Shown here: positions 49,141 through 58,661 of the stretch, piece after piece
Position numbering within the stretch: the stretch's first letter is position 1
Layout: each line of letters starts with the position of its first letter
Assembly (NCBI GenBank): GCA_016931515.1
Contig: JAFGEQ010000019.1
Span: 160,700-224,699 of the forward strand
Source of the DNA: a candidate division CSSED10-310 bacterium
GTDB lineage: Bacteria; CSSED10-310
Length of the DNA stretch: 64,000 nucleotides
Direction of reading: 5' to 3'
Translations under genes and position numbers: made by a program
The notes under the pieces: model-generated
Seen by the model: the letters and a program-made list of their open reading frames with translations, nothing else
Told to the model about the DNA's origin: nothing
The model's database searches: none

Positions 49141-49914
49141 TCATCGAGGACTTGATGCCGGGGCAGATCGTTGCTTTCTCAGCATCAGGGCAGCCGCATA
49201 CCCCGCACCAAAACCATTGTCGATATTGACAACAGTGACTCCGCTGGCACAAGAATTCAACATTGCCAGAAGTGCAGTGATTCCGCCGAATGACGTCCCA
49301 TATCCGACGGATGTCGGAACGGCAATCACCGGGCAATCGACAATCCCGGCGATAACACTGGGCAAAGCGCCTTCCATTCCCGCGACTGCAATGATTACAT
49401 CGGCGTTTTGAAGACTCTCAATGTGCCCTAAAAGGCGATGCAGACCTGCGATCCCGATATCTGTGATACGGGTCACCGGATGGCCCATGGTCTCCAGTGT
49501 GATTGCGGCTTCTTCAGCGACAGGCAGGTCTGATGTGCCGGCAGTGCAGACGAGAATCCGACCGGGGTGATTCGGGGGTGATGTTTGAAATGAGGCACAC
49601 CGTGCAGTGTCGGAGTATGAAAGGTAAGGTGTTTTTGCCTTTATGAGCGACCACTTCTCCGAATCCAACCGGGTAATCAGTACGGGATCTCCCTGAGCTC
49701 TCAACGTGTCTGCAATGATTACCAGCTGCTCAGGCGTTTTCCCTTCTCCGAACACCACTTCAGGGAGTCCTCTTCGGAGGACACGATGATGATCGATTGT
49801 GGCGAAGCCGAGGTTATCAAAGATAACTCTTTTCAGCTGATCCGCACCATCCTGGGGCTGTATTTCTCCAGAGGCGACAGCTTTCATCAGATGCAGTATT
49901 TTATCACGTGTCAT
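49141..49914 (-). CDS. PurE-like LarB family protein (pyridinium-3,5-biscarboxylic acid mononucleotide synthase-like)
   Basis: PurE/AIR-carboxylase fold (VAGMEGALPSVIAGIVDCPVIAVPTSVGYG) with the LarB-type N-terminal extension. The start overlaps the folD stop (TGATG). Confidence 0.6.
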   Translation of the reverse strand: MTRDKILHLMKAVASGEIQPQDGADQLKRVIFDNLGFATIDHHRVLRRGLPEVVFGEGKTPEQLVIIADTLRAQGDPVLITRLDSEKWSLIKAKTPYLSYSDTARCASFQTSPPNHPGRILVCTAGTSDLPVAEEAAITLETMGHPVTRITDIGIAGLHRLLGHIESLQNADVIIAVAGMEGALPSVIAGIVDCPVIAVPTSVGYGTSFGGITALLAMLNSCASGVTVVNIDNGFGAGYAAALMLRKQRSAPASSPR

Positions 49915-50846
49915 CACAAGGTAATCCCATTTCGTTTTTTGGCAAGAATCAACGTGTTTTTTATAAGCATGGCTACTGTCATGGGTCCAACACCACCGGG
50001 AACCGGTGAATACCATGCAGCAACTCCATCGACAGCAAGCGGATCCACATCACCGATTAAAGCAAACCCTTTGGCCGCCAGTTTTGCTCCGATTTCAGTA
50101 TCGGGATCCCGCCAGGCTGCCCGAGCATTATCCAGTGTGATGCGATTGATGCCAACATCGATCACAGCGGATCCTGGTTTTATGTGTTCGCGGCCAAGCA
50201 GTCCGGGTTTGCCGACTGCAGCAACCAGAATATCTGCTTGTCTGCAGATCGATGGAAGATCGACTGACCGAGAATGGGCTATCGTCACAGTGGCATGTTC
50301 TCGCAGGAGAAGTGCAGCCATAGGTTTCCCAACTATATTGCTGCGACCGACTATAACGGCGGATTTTCCAGCGATAGGCACTCCATAGGATTTCAGCAAT
50401 TCCATGACACCGGCCGGTGTGCATGGTGCGATTATTCCAGCACCGGACCAGAGGTTTCCAATGGATTCCGGATGGAATCCATCCACATCTTTTGCAACGG
50501 CAATCCGGTGGATCACTTCGTTTTCATTGAACTCAGGCGATGGGAGCGGCAGTTGGACAAGAAGGCCGTCACAGGAATCCATCTCGTTCAACCGGTCGAT
50601 GGCTGCCAGAATTGTTTCCGGGGACGCCGTATCCGGCAGATCGATCAACCGGAAGTCGATCCCAACTGATTTACATGCTTTCTGCTTGTTTTTAACATAT
50701 ACGGCTGAAGCGGGATCCGACCCGGCGTGGATAACTGCCAGACCGGGTTGTCGTCCTGTCAACTCAGTAAACTCCATGACGTCTTCTCTGATTGTTTCGA
50801 GCACCTGTCCTGAAATTTTTCGACCATCAAGAATCATTGTGTTCAT
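49914..50846 (-). CDS. folD: Bifunctional methylene-THF dehydrogenase / methenyl-THF cyclohydrolase
   Basis: ILDGRKIS..., VGxDPASxxYV, and the GxSxxVGxP Rossmann loop (VGRSNIVGKPMA). Start chosen at MNTMILDG, preceded by GGAGG. Confidence 0.8.
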   Translation of the reverse strand: MNTMILDGRKISGQVLETIREDVMEFTELTGRQPGLAVIHAGSDPASAVYVKNKQKACKSVGIDFRLIDLPDTASPETILAAIDRLNEMDSCDGLLVQLPLPSPEFNENEVIHRIAVAKDVDGFHPESIGNLWSGAGIIAPCTPAGVMELLKSYGVPIAGKSAVIVGRSNIVGKPMAALLLREHATVTIAHSRSVDLPSICRQADILVAAVGKPGLLGREHIKPGSAVIDVGINRITLDNARAAWRDPDTEIGAKLAAKGFALIGDVDPLAVDGVAAWYSPVPGGVGPMTVAMLIKNTLILAKKRNGITL

Positions 50847-50967
50847 ACCAGTCGCTCCTTCCAGCAGCATGGAAAATTATTTATTATCTTTTCATTGCTG
50901 AAACATCAACTTTTTTACATGTCGAGATGATGCCAAAGTGATATGATCGGAAAGGAGAATCAAATCG

Positions 50968-53106
50968 ATGATAAGGAATAAAATTGTTAGGGCATCAGTC
51001 ATTATACCTGTTGAGCTTATAGCATTTTCAGTTTTTCTCGCACTGGCTACCGGGTTGATCTCGCAATCCGACAGGCAATTCGCCGCTGGAGAACCCGTAT
51101 GGGGGATTCTTCGGCCAGTGATGGAATTACTGAGAACAACCGGTTTGTTGATGTGCCATATTCAGAAAGATTTTTACGCAGTGCTCATCGCCGGATTATC
51201 CTTATCCGTATTCCTTGCTGCCATTGCCACATTTAGATGGAGCCGCTGGTCGGGTCTTTTTCTGGCCGCTGCCCTGTCGATTTATTGTGCGGCCAGACTC
51301 TCGCTAATCGGCAATACATCTGTCGCAGCAATCCACTGGTTGCTTTTGGGCATATCATTCAGTGTTGCAGTCATATCGGCAGCATGTCGTAAACGATCCG
51401 ATTTGTCGGCTCCGCAGCAGGGAACGGATGAATGTGAGGACAGGGTCTCTATCGGTACATCCATGAATTTGATGTATTTTGTGAATCTTTTGATTATTCT
51501 TTCAATCGCTTTTGCATTCCGGATGTATCGAATCGATATTTTACCTCCGGGCGAGGCGCAGCACACGGCTGAGTGGGGGATGCTGGGCGCTGTGCAGGCA
51601 GCGGAACATTCACCGGGAATTCGTGATACCCAAGACAGGTCTTTTTTTCTGGAGCAGTTACGTCTTCGGCTGATTGTAGAACCTCATCAACAGGGTCTGA
51701 ATATACTTGCGGATTGGCTGCTGGCGGGCTGGTTCAGGCCGTCAATTGTTGTTCAACGATCAGCAACGGCGGTGATGGGTCTTGTCAGTGTCCTGGTGTC
51801 ATATTGGGTCGGCTGGTTGTTGTTTGGTCCGTTTGTGGCGAATGCAACTGCTTTTTTGATGGCTGTTTCACCGTGGCATGTCACGCATTCGCGTTATTCA
51901 AGCATCGAACATATAATTGCTATTCTCCTTGTTACACTGACAATGGTATTCCTGTTGCGTTTTCTAAAAAACAGGTCGATATGGACATTAGCAGGTCTGA
52001 TATTGCTTCTGGCTGCGGATTTTCATGTATATGTTACCGCACAATTCATTGTTCCTGTGGTCATTCTGGTTTGGCTTTTATCGATAATCAAGTGTCGGAA
52101 AAAACGCTGGATGTCTTTCGTTGTCATGCTAGTCTCACTGCTGATAGTAAGTGTAGTGATTGCTCCTAAAACCGGTCTTTATGGGTTGAAGGATAACGTG
52201 AAGTTACTCAATACACAGATTGAGGAACATCCGGATTATGCAATTCAGAATGACTGGGTTGTCATGCAAAACGCGGTCAAATTGGCAAGGGGGTTATTTT
52301 TAGATGGTCCTGGTGATGCCTGGTATGACAAACGTGGTTACCTGGTCTGGCCGGTATCAATGCTGTTGGTCATCGGATTAGGCTACGCATTGACATTTAT
52401 CGGAAAATTTCGTTATCAGGCTGTTCTGATCTGGTTTTGTATCGGACTGATTCCGACACTGCCTTCAGCGGTTGTCGCGCCTCGACGAATTTTATGTGCC
52501 ATGCCGGCTATCTATTGCCTGGCAGGGATCGGCGCAGAGTATATTGGGGTGACGCTACTGGCAAAAATAACTAAGGGGAGAATTTTAAAGTGGATCATTA
52601 TTCCTGTTTTGGCTCTTGCGATCGCTTCGGGAGCATGGGTTGTTATTGAGGACAATGTCGTGGTTGCAGAAGTACTGTGTAATGGACAGGAGAGGCGATT
52701 GGCGGAGATTGCCTGTACTTACGTGAACAACTATCGAGTTATCATGTTGTTTGAGCCGCATACACGTCGGGAGAAAATATGGATGGCGTGCGGTGACGCC
52801 GGATTGGAGGCTATGAAACGCATCGAATTTTATCCAAGTTTGGAAGCGTTTGAATCCGCTTTAAGCCAACCTGTTTCGTCCGACCTGGAACGGATTCCCA
52901 GTTCCAGCGTTGTCATTATTTTTCCGGAGAGTGATTCGGTTCAGACAAAGATTACTATTCTACAGACACTTTTTCCGGGTGGAGCGCTTCGGGAATATCG
53001 TTTTGATCCACATTTTAAAGATCATGCGCAAGGTCAGCCCTGCTGCAGGGCATGGGTTGTTCCAGCGAGTGTGACATCCGGTATTGAGCCAGGTTTGCAG
53101 AATTGA
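50968..53106 (+). CDS. Polytopic membrane protein, GT-C-fold glycosyltransferase-like (ArnT/PMT-like)
   Basis: 712 aa with at least 12 predicted TM helices and a soluble C-terminal domain. It is the first of a run of GT-C-like genes. Confidence 0.5.
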   Translation: MIRNKIVRASVIIPVELIAFSVFLALATGLISQSDRQFAAGEPVWGILRPVMELLRTTGLLMCHIQKDFYAVLIAGLSLSVFLAAIATFRWSRWSGLFLAAALSIYCAARLSLIGNTSVAAIHWLLLGISFSVAVISAACRKRSDLSAPQQGTDECEDRVSIGTSMNLMYFVNLLIILSIAFAFRMYRIDILPPGEAQHTAEWGMLGAVQAAEHSPGIRDTQDRSFFLEQLRLRLIVEPHQQGLNILADWLLAGWFRPSIVVQRSATAVMGLVSVLVSYWVGWLLFGPFVANATAFLMAVSPWHVTHSRYSSIEHIIAILLVTLTMVFLLRFLKNRSIWTLAGLILLLAADFHVYVTAQFIVPVVILVWLLSIIKCRKKRWMSFVVMLVSLLIVSVVIAPKTGLYGLKDNVKLLNTQIEEHPDYAIQNDWVVMQNAVKLARGLFLDGPGDAWYDKRGYLVWPVSMLLVIGLGYALTFIGKFRYQAVLIWFCIGLIPTLPSAVVAPRRILCAMPAIYCLAGIGAEYIGVTLLAKITKGRILKWIIIPVLALAIASGAWVVIEDNVVVAEVLCNGQERRLAEIACTYVNNYRVIMLFEPHTRREKIWMACGDAGLEAMKRIEFYPSLEAFESALSQPVSSDLERIPSSSVVIIFPESDSVQTKITILQTLFPGGALREYRFDPHFKDHAQGQPCCRAWVVPASVTSGIEPGLQN

Positions 53107-53232
53107 GTCCATCTGTCGGAATTATGCTTCGAAATGCCGGTACAGATTGACAACATAAGGGTTTAAATGGTACCTTTAGCATTTGTTTTCGTGACTAAAA
53201 CTATATGTCCGGTTGAATAAAACAGGCGATTT

Positions 53233-56208
53233 GTGAGAGGAAACGATTCGATGGAAAATGAAACAACAACTTCAAGGGTCAATACCGGTGACAAATTTAT
53301 AGGTGGTCTGACATGGAGCACATGGCTCTGGATTGGACTTTTTGTTTTTGTGGCGTTCACTCGTTTTCATCATCTGGGTGACAAACCTTTTCACCATGAT
53401 GAGAGCCTTTATGCCAAATACATCTGGAACTTTCATACAGGACAGGGGTATCAGTATGATCCGATGCAGCATGGTCCATTTCTTTTTCATGTCAGTCAGC
53501 TTGTGCTGTTCCTGTTCGGAGTATCGAATTACACGATACGCATTGTTCCGGCTCTGACGGGTATCTGTTTGATCGGCCTGTTCTACCTGATCCGGCGACG
53601 ATTACCGCCGGGCGTTGCCTTGATGACCGGCTGGTTATTCGCAATCAACTCGGTATTCATGTACTTTCAGCGTTTTCTGCGCCATGATCCGCTGTTTTCT
53701 CTGTTTGCTGTTGTTCTAATCTATCTGGCTTTCCTGTGGTTCAAGGATCGAAAAGCATGGCAGTACTATACTTTCTGCGCGACTGCCGCCATTCTCTATT
53801 GTATTAAAGAGAACGCCTTTGTCCATTATCTCACGATGTATCTCTTTATGATTATTTTTGCCCTGTATTGGATGCTCGGACAGAAAAAGAAATTCCGGGA
53901 TCTACTGACCAACTATCCCTTATCCACAAAAACATTTGCCGCTGTCTCCTTCTGGGGTGTCTTTTTTGTCGTATATGCTCTGGTCAACCAGTTCGGAAAA
54001 GCATCATTCGACAACTGGGAAAAGGCGTTACATACATATTGGATTATCGTCTACGTTGTTTTCTTCACCCTGGTAGGGTTGATGGTTTATCTCGGAGAAC
54101 TGGTGCGGATTAAAACCGACAAAAAACCTATGGGGCTCTCACCTGAATTTTTCCGTGACAGTCATGTTTTTGCGATAGGAACCGTGATTTTTTTCGGAAT
54201 CATTATCATTCTATATACGACTCTGACATTCAACCCGAAGGGATTTTGGGGCGCGATGTACGAATGGTATACCTATTGGCTGCATCAACACTCCATCGCC
54301 CGTATCGCCGGTCCTTTTCATTACTACCATCACCAGATGCTGATCTATGCATTTCTGCCTCTGGCGGTAACGATTTTTGCAGTGCTTGGACGCGGTCTTC
54401 GTAGAAATCCGGTTATTTTTGCTGCTTACATCATCGGAACCATGATTCTATTCTATGGTTTTTCCAATCTTGACAGAGCGCTGCCGGGAACAAAAACGAA
54501 TCTCTTTACCAACGAGCATCTGGCGATAGCAATCTCCGCTTTCGTCGGAGGAGTGCTTATGATGCTGTCATATCTCCGTGAAAGAATGATTTTAAAGTCA
54601 TTTTTGATCTGGTGGATCACGATGGCTTATATCATGTACTCATACCTCCAGGAAAAAGTACCCTGGCTTGTTATGCATATCATCACTCCAATGATTTTAT
54701 ACGCTGCGCTTGTTCTCATGGAGGCATTTCAGGATCGGGACACCATAACCAGATGGATGCGCCGGGTCATCCAGTGCTTTTTTGCGATAATGGTCATATA
54801 TGCGCTTCATACCTCCTTCCAATTGTGCTGGTGGCATGAAGCCGATCCGGTGGAACAGATGGTTTATGTTCAAACCACATATGAAGTTCCAATGCTTGTC
54901 GAGGAGATGGAGAGGATTGCCTATTGGCAGAACACACTGTTGACCAAAGAGCTTCCGATGGTGATTAACGGTCATGCCACATGGCCGTTATATTGGTATC
55001 TTAGGGACTGGTCGGGAATCAGCTACGGCACGAATGTTAATCCTGCCACGCATCTGATGGTGATATGCAACTGGGAAGATCGGTACAAGTTTGCTGAAAA
55101 GTGCGGAGACCAATATGTAGCCCGGCAATACGGCCTGCGTGCGTGGTTTCTACCGAAATACGAAAACGTCGCCAAGGGAGGAAAATTCTGGCGCAACGCA
55201 TGGAAATGGATAGCCTTCAGAGAAAAATTCGATAAAACTCTCTATGGGTCACAGCAAATCTGTGTATTCACCCGAAAAGATGTCTCAATGTTTCAGAACA
55301 GTGTTGATCTGGGAACTCCTCCGAAACCTCCGGAAGAGAGAAAACCGCCTCGCACGACATCTATCCAGGCAGAAAGTGCGATGGAGTTCGGTCTTTACGG
55401 TTCGCAATCGGGACGTTTTAATACACCGAAAGATATCTCAGTCGATAGTTCCGGGAATATCTATGTGGCCGATATGTGGAACCACCGCATCCAGAAATTT
55501 GCTCCCGATGGAAAATTCCTTCTCCAATGGGGTTCGAAAGGGAGCGGCAACGGGGAATTCAACCAACCGACCGGTATTGGTATCGGATCAAAAGGTCAGG
55601 TGTTCGTTGCTGATACATGGAATCACAGGATTCAGAAGTTTGATGAGAACGGGAAATTCATCATGACGTTCGGTGATGACAAAATGCTATGGGCTCCCAA
55701 GGATGTCATGGAGGATGACGATGGGTACATTTACGTATCCAATACCGGCTTCCATAAAATAATGAAGTTTACACGGAGTGGCAGTCGTGTCTGGGAAGTC
55801 GGCGAGAAGGGCAGTGGGCCGAAGGAGTTCACGGAGCCGGTTGGGATGTGTATGGACAAACAGGGTCTGTTATATGTAGCGGATACTGCTAACAAAAGGA
55901 TTTCGGTCTTTGACAAAAGTGGTAATCATATGAAGCAGATCGCTGTATACGGATTGGAAGAATATTATTCAGAGCCGTTTATAATGGTAGACAGCAACAC
56001 TCAGCGGATCTACATGACGGATTCCAGGAATAACCGGATACAAATCTTTGATTTAAACGGCAATCTTCTGAATTTCTGGGGCTCTGAAGGGTCCGAAAAA
56101 GGGCAGTTCAGGTTACCGACGGGTATTTTTATAGCCCAGGACAAGGTCTATGTGACGGAAGCGCAGAATCACAGGGTGCAGGTCTTCAATGTCGCCTCAC
56201 TGAAGTGA
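53233..56208 (+). CDS. GT-C-fold (PMT_2/ArnT-like, TIGR03663-like) membrane glycosyltransferase fused to C-terminal six-bladed NHL-repeat beta-propeller
   Basis: DE motif after TM1 (FHHDESLYAKY), as in PMT/ArnT enzymes. About 600 aa polytopic. The C-terminal repeats have the NHL signature (GNIYVADMWNHRIQKFAPDGKF; GQVFVADTWNHRIQKFDENGKF; LYVADTANKRISVFDKSG; IYMTDSRNNRIQIFDLNG; VYVTEAQNHRVQVF). Confidence 0.7.
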   Translation: MRGNDSMENETTTSRVNTGDKFIGGLTWSTWLWIGLFVFVAFTRFHHLGDKPFHHDESLYAKYIWNFHTGQGYQYDPMQHGPFLFHVSQLVLFLFGVSNYTIRIVPALTGICLIGLFYLIRRRLPPGVALMTGWLFAINSVFMYFQRFLRHDPLFSLFAVVLIYLAFLWFKDRKAWQYYTFCATAAILYCIKENAFVHYLTMYLFMIIFALYWMLGQKKKFRDLLTNYPLSTKTFAAVSFWGVFFVVYALVNQFGKASFDNWEKALHTYWIIVYVVFFTLVGLMVYLGELVRIKTDKKPMGLSPEFFRDSHVFAIGTVIFFGIIIILYTTLTFNPKGFWGAMYEWYTYWLHQHSIARIAGPFHYYHHQMLIYAFLPLAVTIFAVLGRGLRRNPVIFAAYIIGTMILFYGFSNLDRALPGTKTNLFTNEHLAIAISAFVGGVLMMLSYLRERMILKSFLIWWITMAYIMYSYLQEKVPWLVMHIITPMILYAALVLMEAFQDRDTITRWMRRVIQCFFAIMVIYALHTSFQLCWWHEADPVEQMVYVQTTYEVPMLVEEMERIAYWQNTLLTKELPMVINGHATWPLYWYLRDWSGISYGTNVNPATHLMVICNWEDRYKFAEKCGDQYVARQYGLRAWFLPKYENVAKGGKFWRNAWKWIAFREKFDKTLYGSQQICVFTRKDVSMFQNSVDLGTPPKPPEERKPPRTTSIQAESAMEFGLYGSQSGRFNTPKDISVDSSGNIYVADMWNHRIQKFAPDGKFLLQWGSKGSGNGEFNQPTGIGIGSKGQVFVADTWNHRIQKFDENGKFIMTFGDDKMLWAPKDVMEDDDGYIYVSNTGFHKIMKFTRSGSRVWEVGEKGSGPKEFTEPVGMCMDKQGLLYVADTANKRISVFDKSGNHMKQIAVYGLEEYYSEPFIMVDSNTQRIYMTDSRNNRIQIFDLNGNLLNFWGSEGSEKGQFRLPTGIFIAQDKVYVTEAQNHRVQVFNVASLK

Positions 56209-56268
56209 TACAGTCGAATCGTTATTGGATAGGGACATATCGGCATTTGCAGCGGGAGGGCAGATAAC

Positions 56269-58647
56269 GTGGTACAGGGTATGCTTCTGGTCATCGCGTG
56301 GTGGCTTGGGATACAGGTGATCGGTTGGGTTGCCTGGCCCATATCTGCCAGATTTTTTCGCAGTTACCCCGATAGCGGATATACGCTGAACAAGGGATTG
56401 GGCCTGATCCTGGTGGCCTTTGTCAACTGGTTTCTGGTCTCCATTCACCTCTTGTCTTTCTCCCTATGGTCAATCCTTGCATCCATCCTGATTATCGCAG
56501 CGATCTCCTGGTATTTCAGAGCGGATACTCCTGAATTGATTAAAAATTTTCTCAAAGCAGGGCGACGGCAAATCCTGATCACCGAGTTCGTGTTTCTAGC
56601 GGCATTCATGGGTTTTGCGTTGGTGCGAATGGGCAATCCCGATATAGCCCAGACCGAAAAGATGCCGGATTTCGCATTCCTGACAGGGATCGTCACGAGT
56701 GATCATTTCCCGCCCAAGGATCCCTGGTTTGCTGATGGCAGTATCAATTATTTCTATTACGGCCATTATCTCATCGGTTTAATGACGAAAATGTCGGGTG
56801 TTGCGCCGGAGTTCGGTTACAACCTGGGGATTGCCTTTATTTTTGCCATGACTCTCCTGAATGCCATCGGTGTTTCGCTCGGGCTGATTCGCAGACTCTG
56901 GTACGGGATTCTGGGAGGATTATTTGTCGCATTTATAGGGAATCTCGATTGCGCTGTTCAGTTCTTTTCTAACCTGGGGGACTTCACATCCGGAGCAAAA
57001 AAGATCGTACCTTTTACATGGTTCAACTGGTGGATGAGTTCAAGGGTTATTCTCCGTGAAGGCATAGATATAACTATCAACGAGTTCCCGTTCTGGAGCT
57101 ATATTCTGGGTGACCTGCATGCGCACATGAATGTTGTGCCGATATCCCTGTTGGTTCTTGCAATCATTCTGGAGATGTTCCGTCAATCCGGAAGCGGTTT
57201 GGATATTCTGGGATCCGGCAGGGAAAAATGGTTCCGTCTGCCGATCATCGCCATCGTTCTGGGTGCTCTCCCGTGTGCCAATACCTGGGACCTTCCGACT
57301 TACTATGCATTGATTGTGGCTGCCCTGATACTCGGACGGCAGTTCATGCACCATGATGGCGTCTTATCCGTTTCTGAATCCGACGGGTCGGTATCTGTGC
57401 TGAAAATACTCCTGTCCCCCCTGATTGAGTTGATCCGGCGATTGAAAAATTCCATTAAAAACGGGTGGCAAAATCAGGGATGGTCGGAGCAGCTTTTTTC
57501 GTGGCTGGCGATCATTCTGGTCGTTGCACTCTCATTTATATTATACCTGCCGTTCCACCTTAATTTCCATCCGGCTGGTACGGAAGGTATACGCGTCGTC
57601 GATCCTAAACAATACACATTGGCCGGCGACTTTCTGACGATATATGGCTTCTTTTTTTACTGCATGCTGCCGTTTGCCACTGCCTTGGCCGTATCGCGTT
57701 TCAGCCGGCTCAATGACCGTCTGAAACCCTTGGCTGGAATAGTCCTTGGCGTTTTCTTCATTGTGTTGCTGGTGGGCTTTAACCGTCTGATGATTGCCCT
57801 TTGCATGATGTTCCTTTTTATGATTCTTGCCATTCCTTTGAAGCGAGACGATCCGGATATTAAAGAAAAGTTCTTCGTCCTGGCGTTATCGGTCACCGTG
57901 CTGTTGATTTTGCTGGGTTGTGAGTTTTTTTATATCAAGGATGCATATGGAAAAACCCTCGAAAGGCAGAATACAATTTTTAAATTCTATTACCAGGCAT
58001 GGATATTTTGTGGTATTGCATCGATATATGCGGTGTATTGGATTCAGAATCGGTCCAAACGGGTATTCAGCAATCTGTGGGAACCGGGTTATAGAATCCT
58101 GCTTCTCTGTGCATTGATGTTTCCATTCGTTGCGTCAGTGGTCAAAACCGGTAATTTCCGATCATTTACTGACCCGTCACCGTATTCCAGGGCGACGTTG
58201 GATGGAATATTTTATATGACATGGCAGTATCCCGGAGATCATGAAGCAATTAAATGGCTCAGGCGGCATGCTGATCCGGATCAGCGGGTTTTGGAAGCCA
58301 CTGGTCCGGCTTTTTCCCATTATGGACGGATCAGTGCCGGAACAGGAATGGCTACAATCCTGGGATGGGGTAACCATGAAAATATCTGGCGGGATGGATC
58401 CTGGAAAATCGTTACAGAAAGAACGAATGAAGTGAAACGCGTCTATTTGACCGGTAGCCAGACTGATATTCGTAATATACTCGATAAATACAAGATTGAT
58501 TATGTGTATTTTGGAAAACTGGAACGGGAACAATACCAGGATTCCGATCCGGATCGATTTTCCTTCCTGGAAAAGGTCTTGGAAACCAAGGATTCGGACC
58601 AGAAGATGACGTATCTATTCCGGTACAATCGGACCCCTGTACGATAA
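56269..58647 (+). CDS. DUF2298 / 'YYY' membrane protein (TIGR03662-like), partner of the upstream GT-C protein
   Basis: Hallmark motif DGSINYFYYGHYLIGLMTKMSGV, about 16 TMs and a C-terminal soluble domain. GTG start with GGGAGGG RBS. Confidence 0.7.
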   Translation: MVQGMLLVIAWWLGIQVIGWVAWPISARFFRSYPDSGYTLNKGLGLILVAFVNWFLVSIHLLSFSLWSILASILIIAAISWYFRADTPELIKNFLKAGRRQILITEFVFLAAFMGFALVRMGNPDIAQTEKMPDFAFLTGIVTSDHFPPKDPWFADGSINYFYYGHYLIGLMTKMSGVAPEFGYNLGIAFIFAMTLLNAIGVSLGLIRRLWYGILGGLFVAFIGNLDCAVQFFSNLGDFTSGAKKIVPFTWFNWWMSSRVILREGIDITINEFPFWSYILGDLHAHMNVVPISLLVLAIILEMFRQSGSGLDILGSGREKWFRLPIIAIVLGALPCANTWDLPTYYALIVAALILGRQFMHHDGVLSVSESDGSVSVLKILLSPLIELIRRLKNSIKNGWQNQGWSEQLFSWLAIILVVALSFILYLPFHLNFHPAGTEGIRVVDPKQYTLAGDFLTIYGFFFYCMLPFATALAVSRFSRLNDRLKPLAGIVLGVFFIVLLVGFNRLMIALCMMFLFMILAIPLKRDDPDIKEKFFVLALSVTVLLILLGCEFFYIKDAYGKTLERQNTIFKFYYQAWIFCGIASIYAVYWIQNRSKRVFSNLWEPGYRILLLCALMFPFVASVVKTGNFRSFTDPSPYSRATLDGIFYMTWQYPGDHEAIKWLRRHADPDQRVLEATGPAFSHYGRISAGTGMATILGWGNHENIWRDGSWKIVTERTNEVKRVYLTGSQTDIRNILDKYKIDYVYFGKLEREQYQDSDPDRFSFLEKVLETKDSDQKMTYLFRYNRTPVR

Positions 58648-58661
58648 TTTAAGGAGAGACC

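Noticed and set aside
49100-49145. Possible intrinsic terminator after engB (CCCGGG followed by TTTTTT)
   Set aside because: Only a 3-bp self-complementary CCCGGG precedes the T-run, so there is no convincing stem.
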